A stretch of 64,000 nt of DNA, from positions 832,001 through 896,000 of the forward strand of contig CAVSGO010000007.1 of assembly GCA_963727525.1 (NCBI GenBank), in the 5' to 3' direction. The stretch comes from an uncultured bacterium. Its GTDB lineage: Bacteria; Krumholzibacteriota; Krumholzibacteriia; LZORAL124-64-63. Shown piece by piece: positions 9,428 to 18,772 of this stretch; the stretch's first letter is position 1, and the number at the start of each line of letters is the position of its first letter. The notes beneath the pieces are model-generated. The model ran no database searches. It worked only from the letters and a program-made list of their open reading frames with translations, and was not told where the DNA came from. Both the position numbers and the translations under genes were made by a program.

Positions 9428-10411
9428 ATGCACGATAAGTTCAAGGAGATCCTCGGCCGCTGCCAGGGCTTGCGCCTCGCCGTGGTCGGCGACGGCATGG
9501 TCGACCGCTTCCTTTTCGGTCAGTGCGACCGCATCAGTCCCGAGGCACCGGTCCCCGTGGTGCGGCTGGAACGCGAGGTGCTCAAGCTCGGCGGCGCGGC
9601 CAACGTGGCGGCGAACATCCGCGCGCTCGGAGCCCGGGTGTGTCTGGTCAGCGTGTGCGGCGACGACGACACCGCGGCCGGCCTGCGCGGCCTCCTCGCG
9701 GAGCGGGGGATCGAGTCCGACGGCCTCGTAGCGCTTTCCGACCGCCCCACGACCGTGAAGACCCGCATCATCGCGCAGCACCAGCAGATCGTCCGCGCCG
9801 ACCGCGAGAACCCGACCCCGGTGGTCGGCGCCGGGGCGGACGCGCTCATTGCGCGCCTCGAGGCGCTTGGCCCCTTCGACGGCTACGTGCTCAGCGATTA
9901 CGGCAAGGGCGTGCTCACCGACGCCACCCTCGCTGCCGTGATCACCCGCGCCCAGTCGGAGGGTCGGGTGGTCGTGGTCGATCCCAAGCAGGGTGACTAC
10001 GCTCAGTACCGGGGCGCCACGTCGCTCACGCCGAATCAGCGCGAGGCCGCGGCCGCCTGTGCGATGACCATCCACGACGACGCCTCGCTCACGCGGGCCG
10101 GCCAGCTGCTGCTGGAACGGACGGCGGCCGAGAGCGTGCTGATCACGCGGGGCGAGCACGGCATGGCGCTCTTCCTGCGCGACGGGGCGGAGCATCATCT
10201 CGCCACGGAGGCGACCGAGGTCTTCGATGTCACCGGCGCGGGCGACACCGTCATCGCCGCCTTCACCACGGCAATCGTTGCGGGCGCCGACGCGGTCACC
10301 GCGGCCTCCCTGGCCAACCACGCGGCGGGCGTCGCCGTGCGGGAGCTCGGCACCGCCGCCGTCACGGCCGTACAGATCCTCGCGCTCGCGGGAAGGGACC
10401 GGCATGCGTGA
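9428..10411 (+). CDS. rfaE1: D-glycero-beta-D-manno-heptose-7-phosphate kinase (RfaE1/HldA)
   Basis: VVGDGMVD..RISPEAPVPVV, GGAANVAAN, SDYGKG, DVTGAGDTV. Confidence 0.93.
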   Translation: MHDKFKEILGRCQGLRLAVVGDGMVDRFLFGQCDRISPEAPVPVVRLEREVLKLGGAANVAANIRALGARVCLVSVCGDDDTAAGLRGLLAERGIESDGLVALSDRPTTVKTRIIAQHQQIVRADRENPTPVVGAGADALIARLEALGPFDGYVLSDYGKGVLTDATLAAVITRAQSEGRVVVVDPKQGDYAQYRGATSLTPNQREAAAACAMTIHDDASLTRAGQLLLERTAAESVLITRGEHGMALFLRDGAEHHLATEATEVFDVTGAGDTVIAAFTTAIVAGADAVTAASLANHAAGVAVRELGTAAVTAVQILALAGRDRHA

Positions 10412-10898
10412 CGTCGACCTGGGGCTCATCCTCGCGCCTGATGAGCTGGCGGCTTGGGCGCAGGCGCACCATGACATCGGCCGCACCATTGCGTTCACCA
10501 ACGGCTGCTTCGATCTCCTGCACGCCGGCCATCTGTGGAGCCTGGCCGAGGCCGCCCGCCAGGCCGACCACCTGCTCGTGGCCGTCAACAGCGACAGCTC
10601 CACCCGTCAGCTCAAGGGGCCCACCCGCCCGCTCGTCGACGAGGTCTCCCGAGCGGCCCTCGTGGCCGCCTTGCGACCGGTATCCGCGGTGACCATATTT
10701 GCCGAACCAACGCCGCTCGACACCATCTTGACGGTGCGGCCGGACGTACTCGTGAAGGGGTCCGAGTACGCGGAGAGCGAGATCGTCGGCGCCCGGGAGA
10801 TCACAGCCTGGGGCGGCGCGATCTTCCGGGTGCCCATGCGCGCCGGTTGGTCGACCTCTGCCATCATCTCTGCGATCAGGCAGAAGGAGAAACCATGA
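10404..10898 (+). CDS. rfaE2: D-glycero-beta-D-manno-heptose-1-phosphate adenylyltransferase (RfaE2/HldC)
   Basis: FTNGCFDLLHAGH, VAVNSDSS..LKGPTRP, PDVLVKG. Confidence 0.92.
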   Translation: MRDVDLGLILAPDELAAWAQAHHDIGRTIAFTNGCFDLLHAGHLWSLAEAARQADHLLVAVNSDSSTRQLKGPTRPLVDEVSRAALVAALRPVSAVTIFAEPTPLDTILTVRPDVLVKGSEYAESEIVGAREITAWGGAIFRVPMRAGWSTSAIISAIRQKEKP

Positions 10899-12214
10899 GC
10901 AGGCAACGCGTGATCATCCTCGGCGCCGCCGGGCGCGACTTCCACAATTTCAACTGCCGCTACCGGGGCAACCAGGAATACGAGGTGGTCGCCTTCACGG
11001 CCACCCAGATTCCCGACATCGACGGCCGCCGCTATCCCGCCGCTCTCGCCGGCGAACTTTATCCGCAGGGCATTCCGATCGAGGACGAGAGCCGTCTCGA
11101 AGATCTCATCGTCGAGTTGAAGGCCGACGTTTGCGTCATGGCCTACAGCGACCGTTCCTACGATCAGACGATGAGCCTGGGCAGCCGTGTCAACGCTGCG
11201 GGCTGCGACTTCCTGTTCATGGGCGAGCGCGACACCCAGGTCAAGAGTACCAAGCCGGTGATCAGCGTCTGCGCCGTGCGCACCGGCTGCGGCAAGAGCC
11301 AGACCAGCCGCGCCATCTGCCGCATCCTGCGCGCCGCGGGCAAGAAGGTCGTGGCGATCCGCCATCCGATGCCGTACGGAGATCTCGTAGCTCAGCGCGT
11401 GCAACGCTTCGCCACGGTCGAGGATCTCGCCAAGCACAAGTGCACCATCGAGGAGATGGAAGAGTACGAGCCACACATTGCGGCCGGTGGTGTGATCTAC
11501 GCGGGTGTCGACTACGAGGCCATCCTGCGCGAAGCCGAGAAGGAAGCCGACATCATCCTGTGGGACGGCGGCAACAACGACACGCCGTTCTACAAGAGCG
11601 ACCTGCACATCGTGGTGGCCGATCCCCACCGCGCGGGGCACGAGTTGACGTACTACCCCAGCGAGACGAACATCCGCCTGGCCGACGTCGTGATCATCAA
11701 CAAGGAAGTCGAGGCCGAATTCGAGGACATCCAGACCGTGCGCGACAACGTGGCCATGGTGAATCCGGATGCCATCATCATCGACGCGGCGAGCCCGCTC
11801 ACGGTCGAGGGCGATCCCGCCCTCGTACGCGGCAAACGCGTGCTCGTGGTCGAGGACGGCCCCACGCTCACGCATGGCCAGATGACCTACGGCGCCGGCG
11901 TCGTGGCGGCCATGCGCCTGGGCGCCGAGGAACTGGTCGATCCGCGCCCATGGGCCGTCGGGCGCCTCGCGGAGACCTTCGAGCGCTATCCGGAGATCGG
12001 CACGCTGTTGCCGGCCATGGGCTACGGTGACGAGCAGGTGGCCGACCTGGAAAAGACGATCAATGCCGTCGATTGCGACACCGTCGTCATCGGCACACCG
12101 ATCGATCTGAATCGGGTCGTCAAGATCAAGAAACCGACCGTCCGGATCGGTTACGAACTGCAGGAGATCGGCCAGCCCGACCTGCGTTCCGTGCTCGCGC
12201 GCTTTCTCCACTAG
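10895..12214 (+). CDS. COG2403 P-loop enzyme: arginine synthetase (ArcE)-like, often auto-annotated as cyclic 2,3-diphosphoglycerate synthetase or GTPase
   Basis: IILGAAGRDFHNFN..YEVVAFTATQIPDI.GR.YP, AVRTGCGKSQ, RHPMPYGDL, CTIEEMEEYEPHI, WDGGNNDTPF, EDGPTLTHG, LPAMGY. Confidence 0.75.
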   Translation: MSRQRVIILGAAGRDFHNFNCRYRGNQEYEVVAFTATQIPDIDGRRYPAALAGELYPQGIPIEDESRLEDLIVELKADVCVMAYSDRSYDQTMSLGSRVNAAGCDFLFMGERDTQVKSTKPVISVCAVRTGCGKSQTSRAICRILRAAGKKVVAIRHPMPYGDLVAQRVQRFATVEDLAKHKCTIEEMEEYEPHIAAGGVIYAGVDYEAILREAEKEADIILWDGGNNDTPFYKSDLHIVVADPHRAGHELTYYPSETNIRLADVVIINKEVEAEFEDIQTVRDNVAMVNPDAIIIDAASPLTVEGDPALVRGKRVLVVEDGPTLTHGQMTYGAGVVAAMRLGAEELVDPRPWAVGRLAETFERYPEIGTLLPAMGYGDEQVADLEKTINAVDCDTVVIGTPIDLNRVVKIKKPTVRIGYELQEIGQPDLRSVLARFLH

Positions 12215-12247
12215 ATTCTGGCAAAAGCCATAAAAAACACTACCATT

Positions 12248-12280
12248 GAGTCCGGCCCGCAGGGGCCGGACTCGCTTTCT
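12248..12280 (+). terminator. Intrinsic terminator after the hld/COG2403 operon
   Basis: gagtccggccc-gcag-gggccggactc followed by gctttct. Confidence 0.65.
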
Positions 12281-12309
12281 CGGTGGGAGCAACCGGACGG
12301 GAGGACGTG

Positions 12310-13458
12310 GTGAACATCCACGAGTACCAGGCACGCGAGATCTTTGCGGCGGCCGGCTTGCCGGTGCCGCCCGGTAAGGTGGCCACGACCGCGGCCGAGG
12401 CGCAGGCCCACGCGCAGGAACTGGGTCTGCCCGTGATGGTCAAGGCGCAGGTGCTGACCGGCGGCCGCGGCAAGGCGGGCGGTGTGAAGTTCTGTGCGTC
12501 ACACGAGGACGTCACGAAGAACGCCACGGCCATCCTCGGCATGGACATCAAGGGGCATACGGTGCGCAAGGTCCTGGTGACCCCGGCCGTCGACATCGCC
12601 TCGGAATACTATCTCGGCATGCTGGTCGACCGCCGCGTTGGCCGCGTGCTGCTCATGGCCAGCGCCGAGGGCGGCGTCGAGATCGAACAGGTCGCCAGGG
12701 ACGCCCCCGAGGCCATCCTCAAGTACGAGATCGACCCGCGCTATGGTCTGCTCGATCACGAGGCCATGAGTGTCGCGCTCGCGCTCACGAAGAGCGACAT
12801 CGCCAAGGCGCGCCAGATCGCGGCCACGCTCAAGAAGCTGTACGCCGCGTTCATGTCGGCCGACGCCAGCCTGGCCGAGGTCAACCCGTTCATCTTCACG
12901 CCCGACGGCAAGGGCCTGGCGATCGATGCCAAGGTCAACCTCGATGACAACGCGATGTTCCGGCACCCCGATTACGAGGGCAAGCGCGACGTGGAGGCCG
13001 AGGATCCGAGCGAGCGGCTCGCACGCGAGGCGGGTCTCAGCTTCGTCAAGCTGTCCGGCAGCGTCGGCTGCCTCGTCAACGGCGCCGGCCTGGCCATGGC
13101 CACGATGGACCTGGTGAAGTACTACGGCGGTGCGCCGGCCAACTTCCTCGACATCGGCGGCAGTTCCAATCCGGGCAAGGTGGTCAACGCGCTGCGTATC
13201 ATCCTTTCCGATACCGAGGTCAAGGCGATCCTCTTCAACATCTTCGGCGGCATCACCCGCTGCGACGACGTGGCCCGCGGCATCATCGAGGCCACCAATG
13301 CCCTCAACATCCGGGTGCCCATCGTCGTGCGCCTCACTGGGACCAACGAGGCCGAGGCCCGCGAGCTGCTGGCGTCGACGCAGCTCGTGCCGGCGGCCGA
13401 CATGGACGAAGCCGTCAAGAAGGCGATCGAGCTGGCCGGCGCGGACACGAGCGCCTGA
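12310..13458 (+). CDS. sucC: Succinyl-CoA synthetase beta subunit
   Basis: NIHEYQA, KAQVLTGGRGKAGGVK, NGAGLAMATMD, NIFGGITRCD. Confidence 0.97.
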   Translation: MNIHEYQAREIFAAAGLPVPPGKVATTAAEAQAHAQELGLPVMVKAQVLTGGRGKAGGVKFCASHEDVTKNATAILGMDIKGHTVRKVLVTPAVDIASEYYLGMLVDRRVGRVLLMASAEGGVEIEQVARDAPEAILKYEIDPRYGLLDHEAMSVALALTKSDIAKARQIAATLKKLYAAFMSADASLAEVNPFIFTPDGKGLAIDAKVNLDDNAMFRHPDYEGKRDVEAEDPSERLAREAGLSFVKLSGSVGCLVNGAGLAMATMDLVKYYGGAPANFLDIGGSSNPGKVVNALRIILSDTEVKAILFNIFGGITRCDDVARGIIEATNALNIRVPIVVRLTGTNEAEARELLASTQLVPAADMDEAVKKAIELAGADTSA

Positions 13459-13498
13459 GAACCCGTGACGACCGACCACGGTCGAGGAGGACGTAGCG

Positions 13499-14374
13499 AT
13501 GGCGATCTTCGTGGACAGCGACACCCGGGTGCTCGTGCAAGGCATCACCGGTCGTGATGGCAGTTTCCACGCGCAGCAGATGCTTGAGTACGGGACAGCG
13601 CTCGTGGCCGGGGTCACGCCCGGGAAGGGTGGACAGACCTTCGCCGACACGGTGCCCGTCTTCGACACCGTGAAGGATGCGGTCGAGGCCACGGATGCGA
13701 ACACGTCGGTGATCTTCGTTCCACCGCCGTTCGCGGCGGGAGCGGTGCTCGAGGCGGCCGACGCCGGCATCGAGCTGGTGGTGTGCATCACCGAGGGGGT
13801 GCCCACCCTCGACATGGTCAAGGTCATGCCGTACCTGCACGAGCGCGGCACGCGCCTCATCGGTCCCAACTGCCCGGGCATGCTGGCGCCGGGCATCGCC
13901 AAGCTGGGCATCATGCCGGCGAGCATCGTGAAGGAAGGGCACGTCGGCGTGGTCTCGCGCAGCGGCACGCTCACCTACGAGGTCGTGTGGCAGCTCACAT
14001 CCGCCGGGCTGGGGCAGAGCACCTGCCTGGGCATCGGTGGCGACCCGGTCATCGGCACCACGTTCATGGACGCGGTGCGGGCCTTCGCCGACGACCCCGA
14101 GACCCATGCCCTGGTCCTGATCGGCGAGATCGGCGGTGACGCCGAGGAGCAGGCGGCGGCCTACATCCAGGACCACGTGGAAATGCCGGTCGTGGCGTTC
14201 ATCGCCGGCCAGACGGCTCCTCCCGGCAAGCGCATGGGCCATGCCGGCGCCATCGTCTCCGGCGGCACCGGCCTGGCGGCCGACAAGAAGAAGGCACTCG
14301 AGGCGGCCGGTATCCCGGTGGCAGAGCGAGCCATTGATATCGTGCCCAAGCTCGAGGGCATCTGGAAGAAGTAG
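13499..14374 (+). CDS. sucD: Succinyl-CoA synthetase alpha subunit
   Basis: [36 protein letters not shown]. Confidence 0.97.
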   Translation: MAIFVDSDTRVLVQGITGRDGSFHAQQMLEYGTALVAGVTPGKGGQTFADTVPVFDTVKDAVEATDANTSVIFVPPPFAAGAVLEAADAGIELVVCITEGVPTLDMVKVMPYLHERGTRLIGPNCPGMLAPGIAKLGIMPASIVKEGHVGVVSRSGTLTYEVVWQLTSAGLGQSTCLGIGGDPVIGTTFMDAVRAFADDPETHALVLIGEIGGDAEEQAAAYIQDHVEMPVVAFIAGQTAPPGKRMGHAGAIVSGGTGLAADKKKALEAAGIPVAERAIDIVPKLEGIWKK

Positions 14375-14404
14375 AGACTAAGCCCAACGGGGAGCGAGAG
14401 ATCC

Positions 14405-14812
14405 GTGCAGCAGACGTACTTCATGATCAAGCCCGAGATCGTAGCGGCTCAGCCCCAGCAGATCGGGGCCATTCTCCAGGCGGTATGCGAGGCGGGTTTC
14501 CGCATCGTCGATATGGCCCTGCGGCGGCTGCCGGCCGATCTGGTCGCCGATTTCTACGGCGAGCACCGCGGCAAGCCGTTCTACGACGATCTCGTGGGTT
14601 ACATCACCTCCGGTCCCGTCGTCGCCGTACGCCTCGAGGCTGATGCCGCGGTGGCGCGGTTGCGTGAGGTGATCGGCGCCACCGACCCGGCGAACGCCGT
14701 TCCGGGGACGATCCGGGCTCGTTTCGGGGCATCGCTCCAGAACAACGCGGTGCATGCGTCGGCCAATCCGACCGATGCGGCCCGCGAACTGGCGCTGATC
14801 TTCGGGGACTGA
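14405..14812 (+). CDS. ndk: Nucleoside diphosphate kinase
   Basis: MIKP, FYGEHRGKPF, GATDP..A.PGTIR, NAVHAS (catalytic His). Confidence 0.93.
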   Translation: MQQTYFMIKPEIVAAQPQQIGAILQAVCEAGFRIVDMALRRLPADLVADFYGEHRGKPFYDDLVGYITSGPVVAVRLEADAAVARLREVIGATDPANAVPGTIRARFGASLQNNAVHASANPTDAARELALIFGD

Positions 14813-14830
14813 TGGCGCCAGCGGCCCATC

Positions 14831-14859
14831 TTGACAGTAACTGATTAGCGACTTAGAGT
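14831..14859 (+). promoter_or_regulatory. Sigma70-type promoter for the yceD-rpmF-fab operon
   Basis: TTGACA (14831-14836), 17 nt, TAGAGT (14854-14859), 9 nt, ATG. Confidence 0.65.
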
Positions 14860-14868
14860 TGCCCGCTC

Positions 14869-15354
14869 ATGAGACTGGATCTCGACAGAACCCCCAACGG
14901 TGCTTCTGACCTTCCCCTGGCGGGAGATCTGGGGCTGGACTTCGGCGCCGGCGGGCCGAATGCCGTGCACATCGACGGCACGTTGCGGGTGGACAACCTC
15001 GAGAGCCGGCTCGTGGTACGCGGAGAGGTGAATGCGACGGGCGACGCCGAATGCGGACGTTGCCTGAACACGTTTTCCCTGTCCTTTCCGGTGCCGGTGG
15101 AGATCGTGGTCCTCAGGGATACGGACACCGGCGAGGACGACGAGGGCGAGACGCTGGTCATCCACCAGCGTCGCGGCGAGGTCGACCTGACCGACGCCGT
15201 ACGCGAGGCGGCAGTCCTGGCGGTGCCGCAATTGCGGGTCTGTTGCGAGGACTGCCGGGGCCTGTGCCCGACGTGCGGGGCGGATCTGAACCGCACGACG
15301 TGCGAATGTGACAACGAGGACGCCGATCCGCGCTGGGACGGCCTGCCCGAGTAG
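14869..15354 (+). CDS. yceD: DUF177/YceD family protein
   Basis: ECGRCL and C.EDCRGLCPTCGADLN...C.C...DPRW..L; lies upstream of rpmF. Confidence 0.9.
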   Translation: MRLDLDRTPNGASDLPLAGDLGLDFGAGGPNAVHIDGTLRVDNLESRLVVRGEVNATGDAECGRCLNTFSLSFPVPVEIVVLRDTDTGEDDEGETLVIHQRRGEVDLTDAVREAAVLAVPQLRVCCEDCRGLCPTCGADLNRTTCECDNEDADPRWDGLPE

Positions 15355-15402
15355 GCGACCGTGCGCGACCGGGGTCACGCAACGATTCAGGAGATCCGAG
15401 CG

Positions 15403-15582
15403 ATGGCTGTTCCCAAGCACCGCAACACGAGATCCCGCGGCGGCAAGCGGCGGGCCCACTGGCACCTGCGCAAGCCCGATCCCAACAAGTGTCCGCATTG
15501 CGGCGCTCCGCGCCTGCCGCACCGGGTGTGCAGGGCCTGCGGATACTATGGGGAGCGGGAAGTGATGGTCGTCGAGGCCTGA
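15403..15582 (+). CDS. rpmF: 50S ribosomal protein L32 (zinc-ribbon form)
   Basis: MAVPK..RR.H..CPHCG..LPHRVCRACGYY. Confidence 0.95.
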   Translation: MAVPKHRNTRSRGGKRRAHWHLRKPDPNKCPHCGAPRLPHRVCRACGYYGEREVMVVEA

Positions 15583-15592
15583 GGCAACGACC

Positions 15593-16614
15593 GTGACGCC
15601 CAGCGCGGAGCATCCCCTCATCGCCGTCGACGCGATGGGAGGCGACTTCGGACCCGAGGTCGTGATCCCTGGCGTCGTGGAAGCGGTACGTGCCGACGGG
15701 CGCTGCCGCGTCGCGCTGTATGGCGATGCGACGCGCATCGAGGCCGCGATCGCCGAGGCTGACGCGGGCGATCTGCCGCTCTCCGTCGTGCCGTGCACCC
15801 AGGACATCGGCATGGACGAGTCGCCGGCCGCCGCGATCCGAGGCAAACCCGACTCGCCGATCGCGCGCGCGATGCGGGACCATCGCGAGGGAGAGGTGGC
15901 TGCGGTGATCTCGGCCGGCAGCACCGGCGCCATGGTCGCCGCTAGCCTGCTGCTCCTGGGCCGCCTGCCCACTGCCGATCGTCCCGCGATCGCGACGTTC
16001 ATCCCGACGCTCCAGGGCGAGGCCCTGCTCGTCGATGCCGGCGCGAACGTCCAGTGCACGCCCGATCTCCTGCTGAGCTTCGCCCGCATGGGCGAGGTCT
16101 ATTGCCGGCTACTCCAGAACCGCACCCGACCGCGGGTGGGTCTGCTGAACATCGGCGCCGAGCCGGGTAAGGGCAGCGACCTCACCATCGCCACCCACGC
16201 CCTGCTTGCTGGCGCGCCGCTGGATTTCGTCGGCAACGTGGAGAGCAACGAGCTGCTGCTCGGGCGCTGCGATGTCCTCGTCACCGACGGCTTCACGGGC
16301 AATGTCGTGCTCAAACAGGTCGAGGGGATCGCCCAGTTCCTGGGGGGCTCGCGCACCTCGAGGGCATCAGCGATACCGAGAAGAGCAGCCTCCGGACGCT
16401 ACTTGGGCTGATCCAGCGCCGATTCACCTACGAGGTCTATGGCGGAGCGCCGCTGCTCGGCGTGGCCGGCATCGCCGTGATCTGCCACGGCCGCAGCACG
16501 TCGACAGCCTTCCGACACGCCGTGCGTGTGACGCTGCGGCAGGTCCAGGTCGACCTGCCGACGCAGCTCGAACGCGCCCTGGCCTCGCCAGGCTCAGCCA
16601 AGGGGGATGCGTGA
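15593..16614 (+). pseudogene. plsX: Phosphate acyltransferase PlsX, frameshifted at the G6 run (16342-16347); real frameshift or assembly error
   Basis: N-terminal part IAVDAMGGDFGP...DGFTGNVVLK; C-terminal part YGGAPLLGV.G..VICHGRS lies in another frame ending at TGA 16612-16614; one extra G restores a continuous ORF. Confidence 0.85.
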
Positions 16615-17597
16615 CCATCAAGGTACCCATGATCTTTCCCGGCCAAGCGTCGCAGCAGGTGGGGATGGCCGCCGATCTGCTCGCGAGCGCCGGACCCGGG
16701 GCCGACCTCCTGCGCCAGATCGACACGACCCTCGGCTTCTCGCTCACGACCCTGATGACCCACGGTCCGGCCGAGCAACTCACCGAGACCCGCAACGCGC
16801 AACCCGCCATCCTCGCGCACTCGGTCGCCGTCGCTCTCGAGCTGGCGGCGCGCGGCATCGCCCCGTCGGTGGTCGCGGGCCACAGCCTGGGCGAGTTCAG
16901 CGCCGCGGCCGCGGCCGGGGCGATCGATCCTCTCGCGGCCGTACGCCTCGTGCGTCGGCGCGGCGAGTTGATGTGGAACGCCGGCGAGGCGCGGCCGGGC
17001 ACGATGGCCGCGGTCATGGGTCTGGCGGCCGACGCCGTGGCCCGCATCTGCGCCGAGGTGAGCGCCGATGCGGGCGTCGTGGTGATGGCCAACCACAACT
17101 CGCCGAGCCAGGTGGCGATCTCGGGCGAACCGGCGGCCGTGGCGGCGGCGGGTGAGGTACTCAAGGCCGCGGGCGCCCGGCGCGTGATCCCACTCAATGT
17201 GAGCGGCGCTTTCCATTCGCCGTTGCTCGCCGACGCGGCAGTGATGTTCGCGCAGGATCTCGCGGCGATCTCGTTCCAGGACCCGCTGGTGCCGCTGGTG
17301 GCCAACGTTTCCGCCGAGCCCGTCACGGCCGGCGCGGCGCTGCGCGAAGGCTTCGCCGCCCAGCTCACGGCGCCGGTGCGCTGGCACGAGATCATGGATC
17401 GGCTGTGCGCTGGGCCCGACCAGCCGCGCGCCGTGCTCGAGGTGGGGCCCGGCCAGGTGCTGTCCAATCTGGCGCGACGCACCTATCCTGGGGTGGCGTT
17501 CCTCGCGGTCGGCTCGGCCGCGGATCTCGAAACCGTGGGCGAACGGCTCGCGAGCCTGCTCGCCGACGGAAAGGCCACGGAGGCCGATCATGCCTGA
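16611..17597 (+). CDS. fabD: Malonyl-CoA:ACP transacylase
   Basis: FPGQASQ.VGM, TRNAQPAI, GHSLGE, VSGAFHS. Confidence 0.95.
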   Translation: MTIKVPMIFPGQASQQVGMAADLLASAGPGADLLRQIDTTLGFSLTTLMTHGPAEQLTETRNAQPAILAHSVAVALELAARGIAPSVVAGHSLGEFSAAAAAGAIDPLAAVRLVRRRGELMWNAGEARPGTMAAVMGLAADAVARICAEVSADAGVVVMANHNSPSQVAISGEPAAVAAAGEVLKAAGARRVIPLNVSGAFHSPLLADAAVMFAQDLAAISFQDPLVPLVANVSAEPVTAGAALREGFAAQLTAPVRWHEIMDRLCAGPDQPRAVLEVGPGQVLSNLARRTYPGVAFLAVGSAADLETVGERLASLLADGKATEADHA

Positions 17598-18318
17598 GGG
17601 CGCCGTCATCGTCACTGGAGCGAATCGCGGTATCGGTCTGGCGATCGCACAGATGCTCGCACGGGCAGGCTATGCGCTCGCGCTCGTGGGGCGCGACACG
17701 GCGCGGCTCGCCGAGGTGGCCGCGTCACTGCCCGGCGATCACGCTCGCGTGTACAAGGCGGATATCGCCGAATTCGCGCAGGTGGAGGCCGCCGTCGCGC
17801 AGATGCAGAGCGACTTCCCGGCGTTGCACGGCCTGGTCAACAACGCCGGCATGACGAAGGACGGCCTCGTTCTGCGCATGTCGCCGCAGGACTGGCAGCG
17901 TGTCATCGAGGTCAATCTGAACGGGACCTTCTACTTTACACGCTGCGTGGCGCCGATTATGATGCGCCAGCGAAGTGGCCGGATCGTGAACGTCAGTTCC
18001 GTGATCGGGATGACGGGCAACGCGGGCCAGGCCAACTACGCTGCCAGCAAGGCGGGCATCATTGCCCTGACCAAGTCGGTGGCGCGGGAGCTGGGCGGGC
18101 GCGGCGTGACCTGCAACGCCATCGCGCCGGGGTTCATCACCACGGACATGACCGCCGTCCTTTCCGAGAAGGTGCAGGCGGACATGTTACAACGCATCCC
18201 TCTGAAGCGGTTCGGCACCGGGGAAGACGTGGCCGGACTCGTGAAGTTTCTCTTGTCGGAGGAAGCCGCATACATCACCGGGCAAACCCTGGTCGTGGAC
18301 GGCGGCATGGTCACGTGA
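17590..18318 (+). CDS. fabG: 3-oxoacyl-ACP reductase
   Basis: [30 protein letters not shown]. Confidence 0.95.
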   Translation: MPEGAVIVTGANRGIGLAIAQMLARAGYALALVGRDTARLAEVAASLPGDHARVYKADIAEFAQVEAAVAQMQSDFPALHGLVNNAGMTKDGLVLRMSPQDWQRVIEVNLNGTFYFTRCVAPIMMRQRSGRIVNVSSVIGMTGNAGQANYAASKAGIIALTKSVARELGGRGVTCNAIAPGFITTDMTAVLSEKVQADMLQRIPLKRFGTGEDVAGLVKFLLSEEAAYITGQTLVVDGGMVT

Positions 18319-18349
18319 ACGCAGACTGACGTCAAGGAGGGCCATCGAG

Positions 18350-18589
18350 ATGGCTTCGATTCAGGAGAAGGTGTACGAGATCATCGAGCGCAAGCTGTCC
18401 GTGAATCCCGAGCAGATCACCCCCGAGGCTTCCTTCACCGAGGACCTGGGGGCCGATTCGCTCGACACGGTGGAGCTGGTCATGGATCTCGAGGAACAGT
18501 TCGGCATCACGATCCCGGAAGAGGATCAGGAGAAACTGCGCACGGTGCAGGACGCGATCGATTATCTCGAGGAGCACGCCGAGGGTTAG
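18350..18589 (+). CDS. acpP: Acyl carrier protein
   Basis: [14 protein letters not shown] phosphopantetheine attachment site. Confidence 0.97.
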   Translation: MASIQEKVYEIIERKLSVNPEQITPEASFTEDLGADSLDTVELVMDLEEQFGITIPEEDQEKLRTVQDAIDYLEEHAEG

Positions 18590-18632
18590 CTCCCGCACCC
18601 GGTGTCCGGCCGCACGGCCAGGGCTTCGGTCA

Positions 18633-18680
18633 CGACCCCGGTCTCACGCCGAACGCTCCGGCAAGGCCGGGGTCGCTTTC
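18633..18680 (+). terminator. Stem-loop after acpP
   Basis: cgaccccggtct (18633-18644) pairs with aggccggggtcg (18664-18675), followed by cttt. Confidence 0.5.
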
Positions 18681-18692
18681 GATCGCCAGCTG

Positions 18693-18736
18693 CAAGAGCG
18701 CCAGATACAAGAGCGCCAGATACAAGAGCGCCAGAT
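18693..18736 (+). repeat. 15-bp tandem repeat, about 3 copies
   Basis: caagagcgccagata twice, then caagagcgccagat. Confidence 0.95.
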
Positions 18737-18772
18737 GATACGGACCGGCACGGGACAGCGGTGAGGAGGTCA

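Noticed and set aside
16206..17597. PlsX-FabD fusion
   Set aside because: The PlsX C-terminus is in a different frame from fabD and has its own stop at 16614.
18693..18736. Tandem repeat as a possible CRISPR array
   Set aside because: 15-bp units with no spacers and no cas genes.
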